IMG/VR virus record: IMGVR_UViG_2537561875_000003
DNA length: 36,852 nucleotides
Reading direction: 5' to 3' (one strand)
Source of the DNA: a virus
Lineage: Duplodnaviria; Heunggongvirae; Uroviricota; Caudoviricetes
Shown here: positions 23,550-34,005 of the stretch, piece after piece
Numbering within the stretch: the stretch's first letter is position 1
How the letters are laid out: every line of letters starts with the position of its first letter
Made by a program: the position numbers and the translations under genes
Notes under the pieces: generated by a model
The model's database searches: none
Told to the model about the DNA's origin: nothing
The model's input: the letters and a program-made list of their open reading frames with translations, nothing else

Positions 23550-24140
23550 CTATGCCGCCCCCAGAGGATCGGTTCGGCTTCCTCCTGATACTACCCCACC
23601 ATGAGTATGCCCATCAACGATAGAGCCATCGACAAGCTCAAGTTTCCCGTCTGGGTGTACTTTCATGCCGTTGATGTTAACTACGCCAGGGCTCTTGATG
23701 TTTATGCCGCTACCGGTGAACTCTGCAAGCTCCGTCGGCTCATCATTCAGGCTAGCGATCGCCGTGATGTAAACAGCATCTGAGTATGAGTGGCGCCGCT
23801 GAGTTGGTGGAGGGCCTCCGCCTTTAGTTTTTTTCACATTTGTGATGTCTTTATCACAGGCAATCACCAAGCCAATATCACCTACTCTGGGCGTCATTTT
23901 TACCGAACTATTTCCAGCCTGGTACTGAATGAATGGAACATTGTAAACATCCTGGTTTTCAATTGATCCGCCAGAAGCGTTTGTTCCAGTAACCAGAGGA
24001 AAAACGGTAAGGGTCTTCCCATTCACTTTTTTGACTAAAACGATATCGGCAAATACGCAGCCCTTTATGGCTCCGGCTATAAGCGAAAGAACAGCATTCC
24101 CCTGACACGACATGTCACTAGGCTTTTGCTTGGTAAGCAT
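23550..24140 (-). CDS. Baseplate central spike (gpV/Gp138-like)
   Basis: VPFIQYQAGNS..PRVGDIGLVIACDKDI..RRHSYSDAVY; C-terminal HTH (His-x-His) metal-binding tip in GHTHGG. Confidence 0.85.
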   Translation of the reverse strand: MLTKQKPSDMSCQGNAVLSLIAGAIKGCVFADIVLVKKVNGKTLTVFPLVTGTNASGGSIENQDVYNVPFIQYQAGNSSVKMTPRVGDIGLVIACDKDITNVKKTKGGGPPPTQRRHSYSDAVYITAIASLNDEPTELAEFTGSGINIKSPGVVNINGMKVHPDGKLELVDGSIVDGHTHGGVVSGGSRTDPLGAA

Positions 24141-24141
24141 C

Positions 24142-24996
24142 TCACACTCCAAATACAAATCCGGGATAAGCTACAACGAATGTTTCCCATAGACCACCGG
24201 GGACCCTGCATGACAAGTAATGAGTGGTTCCATACTGGACTATCCAATCCCCGCTTGCGTGAGGGAGAGAGGTTTCCAGTTTTATTTTTCGAGCCAGCTT
24301 TATTGATGGTGAATAAATGCAGCGAAAATTTATACCAATATCATAAAAAATAGGATAGCCAATTAGTCCATGTTCTGGAGATATAAATGGAACCACAGAA
24401 TCAATAGGGCTTTCCCCCGTGTAGATTGTAACCGTCCCAAAGTCTATATCTGCAATAATATTGTGATCGGCCGCAATTTTCTGAATTTGCTCAATAGCAT
24501 TTCCCTCATAATAAGGGTTGCTATGCACCGATTTAACATCAACATTTACGAACTTCAAATCCACCTTAGAGGCCAGTGCTTTTATCATATCAGCGACAGA
24601 CGCTTCACCTTCAATTGAAGTTGGCTCGCATACGACAAGCTTTTCCTTTCCAATAGCGGAGGCCGTTATTTCAATCGGAGCATCAGGCATTTGATTCAGA
24701 TTAACCCTGGCAGATATTATCGTGCCCATAAACACGCAAACATCTCCAGTAAAAACCCGTATGGCGTTTTGCTGCTCACCGAAGAATTTTTCGGAGTTGG
24801 TGGTCAATTTAGCCATGTTATCAAGGGATAAGCCCCACAGGCTAAGCTCCATCATCGTCCCGGTAGCTCCCCCATAAGCCGAAACAGAAAGCTCGCACTT
24901 GAACCCTTCGGCTATGAGCGTGTTACCTTTTTTACCGTCAAAGGTCCCATTGGCCAGAGTAAACTCAACCGTTATCTCTCTTTCCTTGTAACTCAT
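24142..24996 (-). CDS. Baseplate hub protein
   Basis: Position between plug and spike; PFISPEHGLIGYP..IETSLPHASGDW. Confidence 0.72.
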   Translation of the reverse strand: MSYKEREITVEFTLANGTFDGKKGNTLIAEGFKCELSVSAYGGATGTMMELSLWGLSLDNMAKLTTNSEKFFGEQQNAIRVFTGDVCVFMGTIISARVNLNQMPDAPIEITASAIGKEKLVVCEPTSIEGEASVADMIKALASKVDLKFVNVDVKSVHSNPYYEGNAIEQIQKIAADHNIIADIDFGTVTIYTGESPIDSVVPFISPEHGLIGYPIFYDIGINFRCIYSPSIKLARKIKLETSLPHASGDWIVQYGTTHYLSCRVPGGLWETFVVAYPGFVFGV

Positions 24997-25298
24997 CGGC
25001 CCACCTCATCGCTCGATGCATAATAAAGCTTAAAGCGCGTCCCTATTTCGTCATAAACCGGATCGGAATCCCCTTTTGTGTCTACAAAAATGAGATCACC
25101 ATTAAATCCAAGATACTTATATCTGACAAGATATATACAGTTAAGGCAGAGAACACCTTGCATAATTGCCGTGTCATCAACATACAGGTCTATGTAGAAT
25201 CCAGTTGAGCGCTGATGAAGCTTGATCGCGCAGTTCTGTCCACCAAGCGTAACATACACCTTTTGAGAAAGTGACGGTGATAAGCTAATTTCCTGCAT
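24993..25298 (-). CDS. Small baseplate plug-like protein
   Basis: SQKVYVTLGGQNC..GDLIFVDTKGDSDP..IGTRFKLYY; conserved position. Confidence 0.65.
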   Translation of the reverse strand: MQEISLSPSLSQKVYVTLGGQNCAIKLHQRSTGFYIDLYVDDTAIMQGVLCLNCIYLVRYKYLGFNGDLIFVDTKGDSDPVYDEIGTRFKLYYASSDEVGR

Positions 25299-25299
25299 G

Positions 25300-26142
25300 T
25301 CACATCACCTTATTTTTAAGAAAATCAGCCACCGTGCTTTTGATCTGTTTTGAGACCGCTGTAGATGAGTTATCCCATACTTGCGATACCGATTTGGCCG
25401 CCGAATTGACACCTGAAACTATGGCACTGCCGGTAAGATCAATAGCGCTTGATAGCGATGAATTTCCGCTTGTCCATGCGTTTTTTGCGTCAGTAAGTGT
25501 TACTTCTTTAGTTGAAGCAGTGATCACCTCTGTTTTTGCAGCGCCCTTGTTGTTTGTTTTGTCGTTATTTGTCGGTGCCTTACCGGAAACCCCATTAGCG
25601 ATAATTACTTCACCGCTATCCATGATCTCCTCGAAAGTGCAGTTCGCCATCAACAACGTCTGCCCACGATACGACCCCACAAAGTAATCAAAGTGGGTCA
25701 GATCGTAGCTGTAATACACCGTATCAGGTGTCTCGATGTTGTAGGTGCTAGCCGTGTTTTTCATCTCATCAAGCTTTTTGATGAAATTACTTCGGCTAAG
25801 AAGAGAGAAGTTTGTCAGATTTGGAAGCGCTCCTGTATATGCGGTCCATCCTTCAAGCGCCAGGATCACCCTTAACTCCGATGGCTGCCGGACCTTGTTG
25901 TACGAAGTATACTGCCCATTTTCAACCGGCCCCTTCGTCACGTTAGCATCACCGTAGCGATCAACACTAACCCAGCCGGACGGAGAGAAAACCTCCTGCC
26001 CGGCTATTGCGGTTGAAATTGACTTATCCACCGTGTTGTAGGTGATCCGGTAAGTTGGCGACAGGGCGCTGTTAAGGACGGATAACAGGCTTCCTCCCTG
26101 AATGGCGGATAGCACTGTCGAGACATTCAGAGAAAACGACAT
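25300..26142 (-). CDS. Tail tube initiator / baseplate protein
   Basis: Directly after tape measure; PVENGQYTSYNKV motif. Confidence 0.6.
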   Translation of the reverse strand: MSFSLNVSTVLSAIQGGSLLSVLNSALSPTYRITYNTVDKSISTAIAGQEVFSPSGWVSVDRYGDANVTKGPVENGQYTSYNKVRQPSELRVILALEGWTAYTGALPNLTNFSLLSRSNFIKKLDEMKNTASTYNIETPDTVYYSYDLTHFDYFVGSYRGQTLLMANCTFEEIMDSGEVIIANGVSGKAPTNNDKTNNKGAAKTEVITASTKEVTLTDAKNAWTSGNSSLSSAIDLTGSAIVSGVNSAAKSVSQVWDNSSTAVSKQIKSTVADFLKNKVM

Positions 26143-26145
26143 GAG

Positions 26146-28062
26146 TTATTGTCCTGAGTAGCCAGCCATTAGCATGACGCGGTTGTCACCGTGCTTTTTG
26201 ATGTCGCTGGTAAGCTGTTGCACGTTCTGGGCCTGGGTAGTGATTTTGGTGCCATAAAAGTTATAAACACCGCCAGCCTGCCCGGGCATCGCTCGGTCTA
26301 CAGCCATACCGGCGCCGGGACGCATCCCGGCCATGACTTTAGGTACGTAATTGCGAGTTTCCGACGGCAGGTTATCCATGCCTTTCTTCTGGACGTTTCC
26401 GAGCCCCCAGTTATAGGAGGCAAGAGTTTTTTCAAGATCGCCGCCGGTAGCATCCAGCAGAAAGCGCAGATATCTTCCAGCGGCATCTGCAGATTTGTGG
26501 GGGTCGAAAACATCACGACCTTTCAGCCCCATATCCTTTGCGGTGCCTGGCATGAACTGGAACAAGCCTTTGGCTCCAGCTTTCGACTCCGCAAACGGGT
26601 CACCACCTGATTCAGTAGCAGCTACCGAAGACAGCAGACCGGCTGGAAGGCCATATTTACCTTCCAGCGATCCGAACTCCCCAGCCATTGCCTGAAGAAA
26701 TGCCTTTCCTTTAGCGCCAAGACGAGCGGCCTGAGCGTTAAGCGGGACGTTGGGCTGATACCCCCCGATACTTGGCTCTAAAGAGGAGGCGCCAGCAGGG
26801 GTGACAATGGCATCGGCTATTTTAGAAAGCAGAGTCTTTGTCGTATCCCAGTAAGACTTCTCATCTTGGTCCTTCTTTCTGTCCGAAGGTGTTCCCCCCA
26901 GCCACTCGGGTAGATACTTGTTCAGGAGGTCATTATATTTTTTATACGTGCTGTTTTCGTAAATGCTTTGGGAGTTACTTGTCACCCCGGGCAGCGCATC
27001 ATTACCGGTAGGCTTTCCGTCTTCAGTGCCGTACCACGCCTTTTTAAACTCATCGGCAGCCTTGGAGAAGTTGCCGTTGTTGAGCTCGTTTAAAGCGTTA
27101 CCCAAATGGTTGAGCACTTTTCCGAGCATGGAAAAGTTATCTTTGAGGTTGCGCAGATCGCTTGATAGCGTCCAGCCACCAAGGTCAATGCCTGTGATAT
27201 CGTTAATGTCCCGCTTCAGCTCTTTAAAGAATGAAGAGGATTTAACATTCCCTGATGACCATTCTTTTAGCAAGCCATTTAGGTCTCGAATGGTTGGTAT
27301 CAGACCTTCATAAATTTGGTTTTTTACCGTGTCGAGATTTTGCCCCAGCTCCGCCCATGCGGCTGTAAATTCCTTTGCGCCTTTGGTTGAGGCGTCTGTA
27401 ATGCCGGAGCTTTTTGTTAAGCGGTCAACATCCGGAAGAAATCTACCCTCCTGGTTTCGCTGAATGGTGGCATCATCGAAGCCACCCATAGCACCAATCT
27501 GGCGCCGAATGTTTGGGTCTTTAACTTTCCTGAGTGACTCCAGATAAGACCTTGCAAGTGACTTGGCATCCTTTGAATAGACGTCAAAAGTATCACCAGT
27601 TAACGCCGTAAGCATTCGCATTCCGCTAAAGATCGGGCTGCTGGTATCCCCAAATAGAGAACCTTGCTTTGCAGCCTGGAACCCCTGCAAGGCGGCCGTA
27701 ATCCTCTCAAAAGAGCTTCCGGCTGATTCTGCAGCCTTCCCGAAGCCATCAAGTTCTCTGGCTGTCATGCCAAGAGCCTTTGACTGAATGGAAAGGTCCA
27801 TCAGGCTAGACGTGGTATTTTTAACAAGGCTCATCAGGCCGCCGGCAGTGACGGTAACGCCAGTCAGTGCCAGCAATTCCGTCTTTATGCTGCTGAAGAA
27901 CGAAGCGGCTTTCTTGCCCTGCTCTGCCATTTCTTTGGCGGTGTTTTTGGCATCTTCGCGCTGCTTTTTCAGGTCGTCACTGACTTCCTGCTGGCCTTTG
28001 CGGAACTGAGAAGTATCAAGGCCCAGCGTTACCAGGAGGGCGTCAATTACCGTTGCTGCCAT
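26146..28062 (-). CDS. Tape measure protein with C-terminal lytic transglycosylase (SLT) domain
   Basis: Helical Ala/Lys-rich body; YGLPAGLLSSVAATESGG..GAKGLFQFMPGTA..LASYNWG SLT motifs. Confidence 0.9.
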   Translation of the reverse strand: MAATVIDALLVTLGLDTSQFRKGQQEVSDDLKKQREDAKNTAKEMAEQGKKAASFFSSIKTELLALTGVTVTAGGLMSLVKNTTSSLMDLSIQSKALGMTARELDGFGKAAESAGSSFERITAALQGFQAAKQGSLFGDTSSPIFSGMRMLTALTGDTFDVYSKDAKSLARSYLESLRKVKDPNIRRQIGAMGGFDDATIQRNQEGRFLPDVDRLTKSSGITDASTKGAKEFTAAWAELGQNLDTVKNQIYEGLIPTIRDLNGLLKEWSSGNVKSSSFFKELKRDINDITGIDLGGWTLSSDLRNLKDNFSMLGKVLNHLGNALNELNNGNFSKAADEFKKAWYGTEDGKPTGNDALPGVTSNSQSIYENSTYKKYNDLLNKYLPEWLGGTPSDRKKDQDEKSYWDTTKTLLSKIADAIVTPAGASSLEPSIGGYQPNVPLNAQAARLGAKGKAFLQAMAGEFGSLEGKYGLPAGLLSSVAATESGGDPFAESKAGAKGLFQFMPGTAKDMGLKGRDVFDPHKSADAAGRYLRFLLDATGGDLEKTLASYNWGLGNVQKKGMDNLPSETRNYVPKVMAGMRPGAGMAVDRAMPGQAGGVYNFYGTKITTQAQNVQQLTSDIKKHGDNRVMLMAGYSGQ

Positions 28063-28290
28063 GATCACTCTCCGCCGCTATGGCTCTGTTGGTGTTATCC
28101 ACGGTCATTATTTCAATCAGCCACCACATATCCTGGACGCTGTATACCGTGTCCAGTTCGTGGAGTGTCGCCATTTTCCCGGAGATCACCGCGGCGATAC
28201 TGCGCGGCACGTTCTCGTACTGAATGAAGCCACGATCTGAGTCTTCCGGGACGGATAAGGGGATTTCTAACTTGCGGTGGCTGCTACAAA
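28043..28290 (-). CDS. Tail assembly chaperone C-terminal extension (gpGT-like) in the -1 frame
   Basis: The -1 frame is open across the TAG at 28267: RKLEIPLSVPEDSDRGFIQYENVPRSIAAVISGKMATLHELDTVYSVQDMWWLIEIMTVDN..SNGN*. 5' boundary approximate. Confidence 0.55.
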
Positions 28291-28743
28291 AGCGATATGG
28301 AGTTTGAAGGCTTCGATTTTCAGGCGCGACCAGGTGCTGATTTCTTCGATCTGCCCTTCGTCAACAAGCGCTGTTTCGATACCGTTACCGCCGAGGAATT
28401 TCACACAGCCAAGCAGCTCATCAAGCAGAGGCTTTGACTGTGCGAACGGAACTTTGGCCAGTGAAGTGATACCCCACTGAGCAAGACCTGCCATGCCGCT
28501 GGCCATCACGCTTTCGTACAGCTCGCGAGCTTCTGCGTTATCCTCAGATGGGGCAGGCGCCACCGCAGCACCGATGGCCATCATCATATTGTCGGGAACG
28601 GTAACGCCGGCGCCAATCACGGCACACGCCAGGCGGATCGCCCATTCTTCTGCTTTGCGCGCCGGCATTTCGGTTATTTTGAACTGCTTACCCTTGTCAC
28701 GGTTATCTGCCTCAACCGTAAATACGATGCTTTTACGAGCCAT
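28267..28743 (-). CDS. Tail assembly chaperone
   Basis: Between tube and tape measure genes; DKGKQFKITEMPARKAEEWAIR. Confidence 0.75.
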   Translation of the reverse strand: MARKSIVFTVEADNRDKGKQFKITEMPARKAEEWAIRLACAVIGAGVTVPDNMMMAIGAAVAPAPSEDNAEARELYESVMASGMAGLAQWGITSLAKVPFAQSKPLLDELLGCVKFLGGNGIETALVDEGQIEEISTWSRLKIEAFKLHIAFVAATAS

Positions 28744-28773
28744 TTTTGTTTCCTGAATGAGTTATCTGGCAAT

Positions 28774-28798
28774 AAAAAAGCCCGGGCTTAGCCGGGCT
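28774..28798 (-). terminator. Rho-independent terminator after the tail tube gene
   Basis: AGCCCGG/CCGGGCT stem followed by TTTTTTATT. Confidence 0.75.
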
Positions 28799-28804
28799 GA
28801 TTGT

Positions 28805-29248
28805 TTACGCTGAGTACCCTGCCGGGGTGACGGTTTCCCACTGGATGAGACCCGTTACCGGCTGAAGCACGCGACCAGCGGATGGCATGCGTCGCGCGCG
28901 CTGCAGGATACCGTTGGTCATGATGTACTTTTTACCCAGCGACGGCAGGATCACCGTGCCATTGACACGCAGTACAGACCGTGTGGTTATCTGCGTGGTT
29001 TGCCAGTTGTCGATGTACTTAATCGACGGAGAGGATGCAGCCAGATGGAATGTCCACGGCAGATCACCATAAACAAAACCGCCCAGCAGTTTACCGTCAG
29101 CAGTACGCTGATACTCTGCCATGTCGGTATCGCCCATTTCGAAGATGTTCTGCGCTTCGAACTGTTCCAGGTTAAACCCAGACGGGTATAGCTCAGCGAT
29201 TACCAGCTCAATGATGGCGTCAGCCGACGTAATGTTTTGACCGGACAT
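28805..29248 (-). CDS. Tail tube protein
   Basis: 147 aa immediately after the sheath gene, TAATG coupling. Confidence 0.75.
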   Translation of the reverse strand: MSGQNITSADAIIELVIAELYPSGFNLEQFEAQNIFEMGDTDMAEYQRTADGKLLGGFVYGDLPWTFHLAASSPSIKYIDNWQTTQITTRSVLRVNGTVILPSLGKKYIMTNGILQRARRMPSAGRVLQPVTGLIQWETVTPAGYSA

Positions 29249-30729
29249 TACTGCACCTCCGTGCTATTAACGGTAATACCCTGGATGATCCCGCCGTCGG
29301 TGTACCAGAAGTAAACCGTTGGCTTGGTACGCGAGGCGCGCATTGCCGGGGTGAACGGGCCGATGTAGATGTAATACCCTTCAGCCAGAAGAGAATCCGT
29401 AACGTCGACGCCAGTGATGGCGTTAATCTGGTCGATCTGCGACTGGTCAAGGTCAGTGCCCGCCGTCATACCGCCCCACGCCCTGAATTGCTCAATGGTC
29501 GGCTTCATGCACGACTCAATGCGAGCCTTCCCGGCTGCAGCATAGGGCAGATTGCTCGCCTGCTGGAACAGCGCAACGAGAGCTGCCTGAAGCTGAGCAT
29601 TTACCCATACCTGACCCGCCCAGGCGTCAAGCCATGCGTAATCACCGGTAATAGAGCCGGGCGCCCACTGATTGGTTTCGACGGCATTCGAGGCATAGTT
29701 GCCATAGAAGTTATAGCCGTTGGCCTTGGCAGCCTCGTAATCAGTATCGTTACTGATCATCGGCAACAGGCCGGACACCTGACGGCCATTCAGCGAGCAG
29801 CGCCCATTGGCTTGAGTGAAGTTCAGCGCGGCCACAAAACCCATCGCGTTTGCTGCGTGGTTCGGGTAACCATACACGGGGCAGGTATCGTTGTAGGCGT
29901 AGGTGTTGATGATGTCATACACCAGTGCGTTCGAGCTGCCCGCCACGATCGCCGCTCCTGATGCGTCCCAGGGGACATAGGCAAAGCGGTGGTTCTTGCT
30001 GTTTACCCAGAGCGCAAACGCATTGGCCTGTTCTTTGGTTACAGCGAACGTCGTGGAGAATGTTACCCAGTCCTGCTCTTTGGCAAGAATGGCAGTAAAA
30101 ATATCGTCAACCACTGCCGGCGCAGCGCCCTGGGAAATTACCGCGCCAGTCGCCTCGGTCAGCTTGAGGCCAGCGGCCAGCGTACCGTCATCGGCGAAGG
30201 TGATCGAACTCTCTGAGCCGGTGGTGGCAGAGGTGATGATGAATTTCTTCAGCACGCTATCCCAGGTCACCACAACCGAGGAGCCAATCCCGGTTTCAAT
30301 CAGCTCTGCCGCGTTATCAAAACTGGTCGCGCCGCTGAGGTTAATAGCCGCTGAAGTCTCCTCCGTACCGTCGACGGTCAGAGTCAGCGTGCCGCTCAGT
30401 AACTTGAGCTGTGCCAGAGTGGTCGCGGCGTGCGATCCGGAACGAAGGAATGCAGCCACTGCCGCAGTATTGAATCGGCTAAAATACAGCTTGCCGGGCA
30501 TCTGCGTTTTGCCGTTGAAAGCAGCGAAATACAGCACCGCGGCGGTGTACTCAATCGACGCGCTGCCGAAGTACGCCTTTACCTCATCCGCACTGGCAAA
30601 TGAGGGTACTGCACCAACCGGCGCGTATGCGCTGTCGGTCAGGAACAGGCCATTGAGATCAATAGCCGTCCCTGTCGCCTTCAGTACGCCGGGAAGCATC
30701 TGGGCGATTTTTGATAGCGAAATTGCCAT
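29248..30729 (-). CDS. Tail sheath protein (DUF3383)
   Basis: 493 aa; MAISLSKIAQMLPGV..KANGYNFYG..FWYTDGG. Confidence 0.88.
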   Translation of the reverse strand: MAISLSKIAQMLPGVLKATGTAIDLNGLFLTDSAYAPVGAVPSFASADEVKAYFGSASIEYTAAVLYFAAFNGKTQMPGKLYFSRFNTAAVAAFLRSGSHAATTLAQLKLLSGTLTLTVDGTEETSAAINLSGATSFDNAAELIETGIGSSVVVTWDSVLKKFIITSATTGSESSITFADDGTLAAGLKLTEATGAVISQGAAPAVVDDIFTAILAKEQDWVTFSTTFAVTKEQANAFALWVNSKNHRFAYVPWDASGAAIVAGSSNALVYDIINTYAYNDTCPVYGYPNHAANAMGFVAALNFTQANGRCSLNGRQVSGLLPMISNDTDYEAAKANGYNFYGNYASNAVETNQWAPGSITGDYAWLDAWAGQVWVNAQLQAALVALFQQASNLPYAAAGKARIESCMKPTIEQFRAWGGMTAGTDLDQSQIDQINAITGVDVTDSLLAEGYYIYIGPFTPAMRASRTKPTVYFWYTDGGIIQGITVNSTEVQ

Positions 30730-30732
30730 TTA

Positions 30733-31284
30733 TTATTTCTCCGGAGGAAATCTCACGTCGACCGGCTGCGATATCACATCTGCGCCTGTCATAAACTGCT
30801 GAGGAACGCTGACGACAATCAGCGGGTTTGCGTGGAATTCAAGCGTCCAGCGGGATTCCCACTGTTTCTCGCCGTTGATCATCGAGGTTTGCCGCGGGGG
30901 GCCGGAATAAAGCGGCACTAGGACATTCGCATTTTCCCTGAACCAGGTGCATGCGAATTCAGAGCGTGCGATGCGCGAAAAGATGGTGGCATTGTTTTGC
31001 GCCTGATCCCCGTAGAAATCGAGCTGACACTGCCATTCATCAACGCGGCGAAGTTCTGCCCGCCCGTAATCACTGACGCCGTCATACTCGTAATCAACAG
31101 CACTGGTTGAGAGGTCAGTCAAAAAAAGCGGCGTCATGGTAATGAAACCGCCTTTCGGCATTGGGGTTTGGTTTTGCTGTGTCTGCGTGACTTCTGCGTC
31201 CGGGAAAAGAGCTGAAAGGAAATCGCCGGTCGCCTTAAACAGATCGCTTTCAGTGACCTGCAGGCCTACGTCAATTGTTGACAT
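30733..31284 (-). CDS. Tail terminator / neck protein
   Basis: Position before the sheath; WQCQLDFYG motif. Confidence 0.6.
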   Translation of the reverse strand: MSTIDVGLQVTESDLFKATGDFLSALFPDAEVTQTQQNQTPMPKGGFITMTPLFLTDLSTSAVDYEYDGVSDYGRAELRRVDEWQCQLDFYGDQAQNNATIFSRIARSEFACTWFRENANVLVPLYSGPPRQTSMINGEKQWESRWTLEFHANPLIVVSVPQQFMTGADVISQPVDVRFPPEK

Positions 31285-31634
31285 GCGATAACCCTCGTCC
31301 AGTCCGGCCAGACTTCAGGAACAGCCACAACCAGCCATGTTTCATTGCCGATAACGAACTTATCCCCACCCTGCTGCCGATCCCTGTTAATCCCGCACCA
31401 GTTGCCATCCGTCCAGATGCTGACCAGTACACCCTGGATATTCATGTTATCCATGTGCCTGATATCAGCCTGACTCAGCGCCTGCTTTTGCACCATCATC
31501 GTTACCGGCGGCGCGAAGCCAGGAGAAGTCGAGTAATCCGGGTTTTTGATTGGTCCGATCGAGCGGTAAATCTGCGCCTCGACGCGAGGATTAACCGCGC
31601 TAATGGCGCTTCGCACTATGGAATGAAGATTCAC
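31266..31634 (-). CDS. Head-tail adaptor / head closure protein
   Basis: MNLHSIVRSAISAVNP..WLVVAVPEVWPDWTRV; position in the neck cluster. Confidence 0.6.
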   Translation of the reverse strand: MNLHSIVRSAISAVNPRVEAQIYRSIGPIKNPDYSTSPGFAPPVTMMVQKQALSQADIRHMDNMNIQGVLVSIWTDGNWCGINRDRQQGGDKFVIGNETWLVVAVPEVWPDWTRVIACQQLT

Positions 31635-32194
31635 TCTTTCACCTCGTAGTCGACCGAGTTCAGCATGTGTGCCGAGTCGATTAACGGGTCATTAAACCCT
31701 TTTTTGTCGACCGTGCTTTTTGCGTTCGGCGGCTCAGAAAAAGCGATGATTGACGACTGAATCTGCCCCTTGATCCGCTCCCCCATCAGCGCCAGGCTTT
31801 TGCGGGCGTCAAAATCGTTTGCCTTCATGAGCTTCCCGAGCTCTCCGCCCCACTCCGGACCATGTTCAGAAATGGTCTTCCTGAAGTACGGTCGGGATGG
31901 GATCGTAACGATATGCTCGGGTATCATTACTGACTGCGCGAAATTGGCCTTTGATGGCTTAGCGAAGCGAGAAACGCCGTCACGGCGAACGTAAAAGTTC
32001 AAATCCCTGGTATGCGCCGGGATATTTACAGTGCCGCCAAATTCGTTGGTGGCTGCCACAAGTGCTACCGGCGTCCCGTCGGGGTATTTGGACCCTTCAA
32101 GGAAACCAACCTTCAAATCATCGCCAGAGGACAGCCCCTTTGCGATCGACTGCAGGTGCTCCATCAGCTTATCTCCGCCTGACATTCCATCCAT
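31631..32194 (-). CDS. Neck / tail completion protein
   Basis: LKVGFLEG..NEFG..IPSRPYFRKT..PLIDSAHM, HK97 gp10-like motifs. Confidence 0.62.
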   Translation of the reverse strand: MDGMSGGDKLMEHLQSIAKGLSSGDDLKVGFLEGSKYPDGTPVALVAATNEFGGTVNIPAHTRDLNFYVRRDGVSRFAKPSKANFAQSVMIPEHIVTIPSRPYFRKTISEHGPEWGGELGKLMKANDFDARKSLALMGERIKGQIQSSIIAFSEPPNAKSTVDKKGFNDPLIDSAHMLNSVDYEVKE

Positions 32195-32196
32195 AG

Positions 32197-32640
32197 CTAC
32201 CTCCGGATGAAAGAGCGGCGGTTATAATGGCCAGGGTACATCGAAGGAGAGGACCCAGGGACATATCGCACAGTGCGATAAGGGGCCGTAGCTTGCCAGT
32301 AAGCTGCACCGTATGGCGTCTGTAGATACCACCACGATGACGCGCTGGAAGGCCCCGCATCAGTCGAAACCGATACAGACCCCTCCGATGCGCTTGCCAC
32401 CCGACCTACCAGACCAGAAGCCTTCTCGCCGTTTACGCCTGAATTCAAAGCCGCGATGTGAGCAACCAGCATATTCAAGAAGACGGCGCGGACAGCAACA
32501 TCCGCAACCAGGCTGCGGTCCGTGTTATCAAGGTAAATCGTTGCCTCCGTGAAGTACGCATTAAGCAGCGTTTCACTTACGGCATCGAACTCCGGATAAC
32601 GCTCACGAAATGCGGCAACATCAAAGACAACGATCGCCAT
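32197..32640 (-). CDS. DUF4054 head-tail connector
   Basis: [40 protein letters not shown]. Confidence 0.82.
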   Translation of the reverse strand: MAIVVFDVAAFRERYPEFDAVSETLLNAYFTEATIYLDNTDRSLVADVAVRAVFLNMLVAHIAALNSGVNGEKASGLVGRVASASEGSVSVSTDAGPSSASSWWYLQTPYGAAYWQATAPYRTVRYVPGSSPSMYPGHYNRRSFIRR

Positions 32641-32966
32641 TATTTTTTGTCCGCCTTCTCAATGCCCGGAGCCGGGTTGTTCTGATCCAGACCTTCCAGA
32701 CCAGTTTTCTCCGAAGCGTTTTCATTCGCTTTCGCCTGGGCGCTGCTGGTTTTCGCCTGGGCAAACACCAGCTCTTTGCGAACGTAGGGCTGATCAGCAT
32801 GTACTGCCAGCCACGCCTCAAAGGCTTCCTTGTCCACGTTTTCGGTCAGGCCATAGCCGCCGAAAACGAGAGAGGAGTTGGAGCCGTTAAGCTCCACTTT
32901 GTAGCCGCCCTGCTCCAGGATCAGGCCGTTCGGCAGTTTGCATCCTACAGTTACTGTTTCGGCCAT
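32640..32966 (-). CDS. Hypothetical head-associated protein
   Basis: 108 aa after the capsid gene; [22 protein letters not shown]. Confidence 0.7.
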   Translation of the reverse strand: MAETVTVGCKLPNGLILEQGGYKVELNGSNSSLVFGGYGLTENVDKEAFEAWLAVHADQPYVRKELVFAQAKTSSAQAKANENASEKTGLEGLDQNNPAPGIEKADKK

Positions 32967-32967
32967 G

Positions 32968-34005
32968 TTACACCCCGATCATGCTGGCGATGCCCAGCGG
33001 TTGACGAATGATTGCACCCCAGGTGCCACCGGATTTTTTCTGCCGCCAGGAAGACTCTTCCACCACGACAGCGTGCGCGCGCATCTTCTCGGTGAATGCT
33101 GCGTAAGCGGTGTCCTGCTCGCCCAGACGCTCAACAATCAGCTGTACAAGCTCGCCCGCGTCGGTGCTGTATTCAACAGCGGTTTCGATACGCATGTTCG
33201 GGAAGTTTTTCTTCAGCTGATCGGTGACGTTCACGTTGTACTGGTTCGTCTTGGTCAGGTTGACTTCCATTTCCGGAGACATACCGAGCACCATGCGATC
33301 GGTACGCTCTACGAGGCCTTTGGTCTGAGAGACCAACTGCTTATAGAGACGACCGGAGATGTCGTCATATACGGCTTGCCCGTCTTTAGTTGCCCAGGCA
33401 ACGCTACCGCCGGAACCAGTCGCCGCCGGCGTCACCGGAGCGCTCAGAGACGGATCGTTGAGCAGACCATAGTTTTCCAGTCCGGCGATGCCGTAGAAGT
33501 AGGACTTGTTCTGGAACTTGTTCAGCACAAGCGCAGAGGCCACGTTGAGCTCTGCGGCATAGCCGATACGCCCGGCGCCGTACATGTCCAGCTCGCGCTC
33601 ACCCCAGCGGGTGTGAGTCTGATAATGGAACGACTGGCGCGGCACCCAGTTGACGTTGGCGGACGTCATGCCGTTGTTGTTGAAGTCGCCGTAAGCGCTG
33701 GTTTCGCCAGTCGACTCGACGATCGGGAACTGCGAGGTCAGCGTCGTCCAGTCGCCTTTTTTCACTTCACCGATAATCTCTGCAGCCTTCATCGGAGTTA
33801 CGAGAACGCGGATAAGTTCCGGATCGACGTAGTTCGTGAAGTAGGCCGGGATACCGGCGTTATTCGCAGTAACCATTTGCGGCTGAGCATCCATCGCCAG
33901 CGCGAAATTCTCCGCAAACTCCGGCTTCAGGTAGTCCTTCGCGCCGGGCAGCACAATGCCATATTTCCCGCTGGCTGCGGCGTAGTGTCGCTGAAATTCG
34001 TTCAT
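32968..34005 (-). CDS. Major capsid protein (DUF2184)
   Basis: 345 aa; [25 protein letters not shown]. Confidence 0.88.
   Translation of the reverse strand: MNEFQRHYAAASGKYGIVLPGAKDYLKPEFAENFALAMDAQPQMVTANNAGIPAYFTNYVDPELIRVLVTPMKAAEIIGEVKKGDWTTLTSQFPIVESTGETSAYGDFNNNGMTSANVNWVPRQSFHYQTHTRWGERELDMYGAGRIGYAAELNVASALVLNKFQNKSYFYGIAGLENYGLLNDPSLSAPVTPAATGSGGSVAWATKDGQAVYDDISGRLYKQLVSQTKGLVERTDRMVLGMSPEMEVNLTKTNQYNVNVTDQLKKNFPNMRIETAVEYSTDAGELVQLIVERLGEQDTAYAAFTEKMRAHAVVVEESSWRQKKSGGTWGAIIRQPLGIASMIGV

Noticed and set aside
29996-30802. 268-aa plus-strand ORF
   Set aside because: Antisense shadow of the sheath gene.
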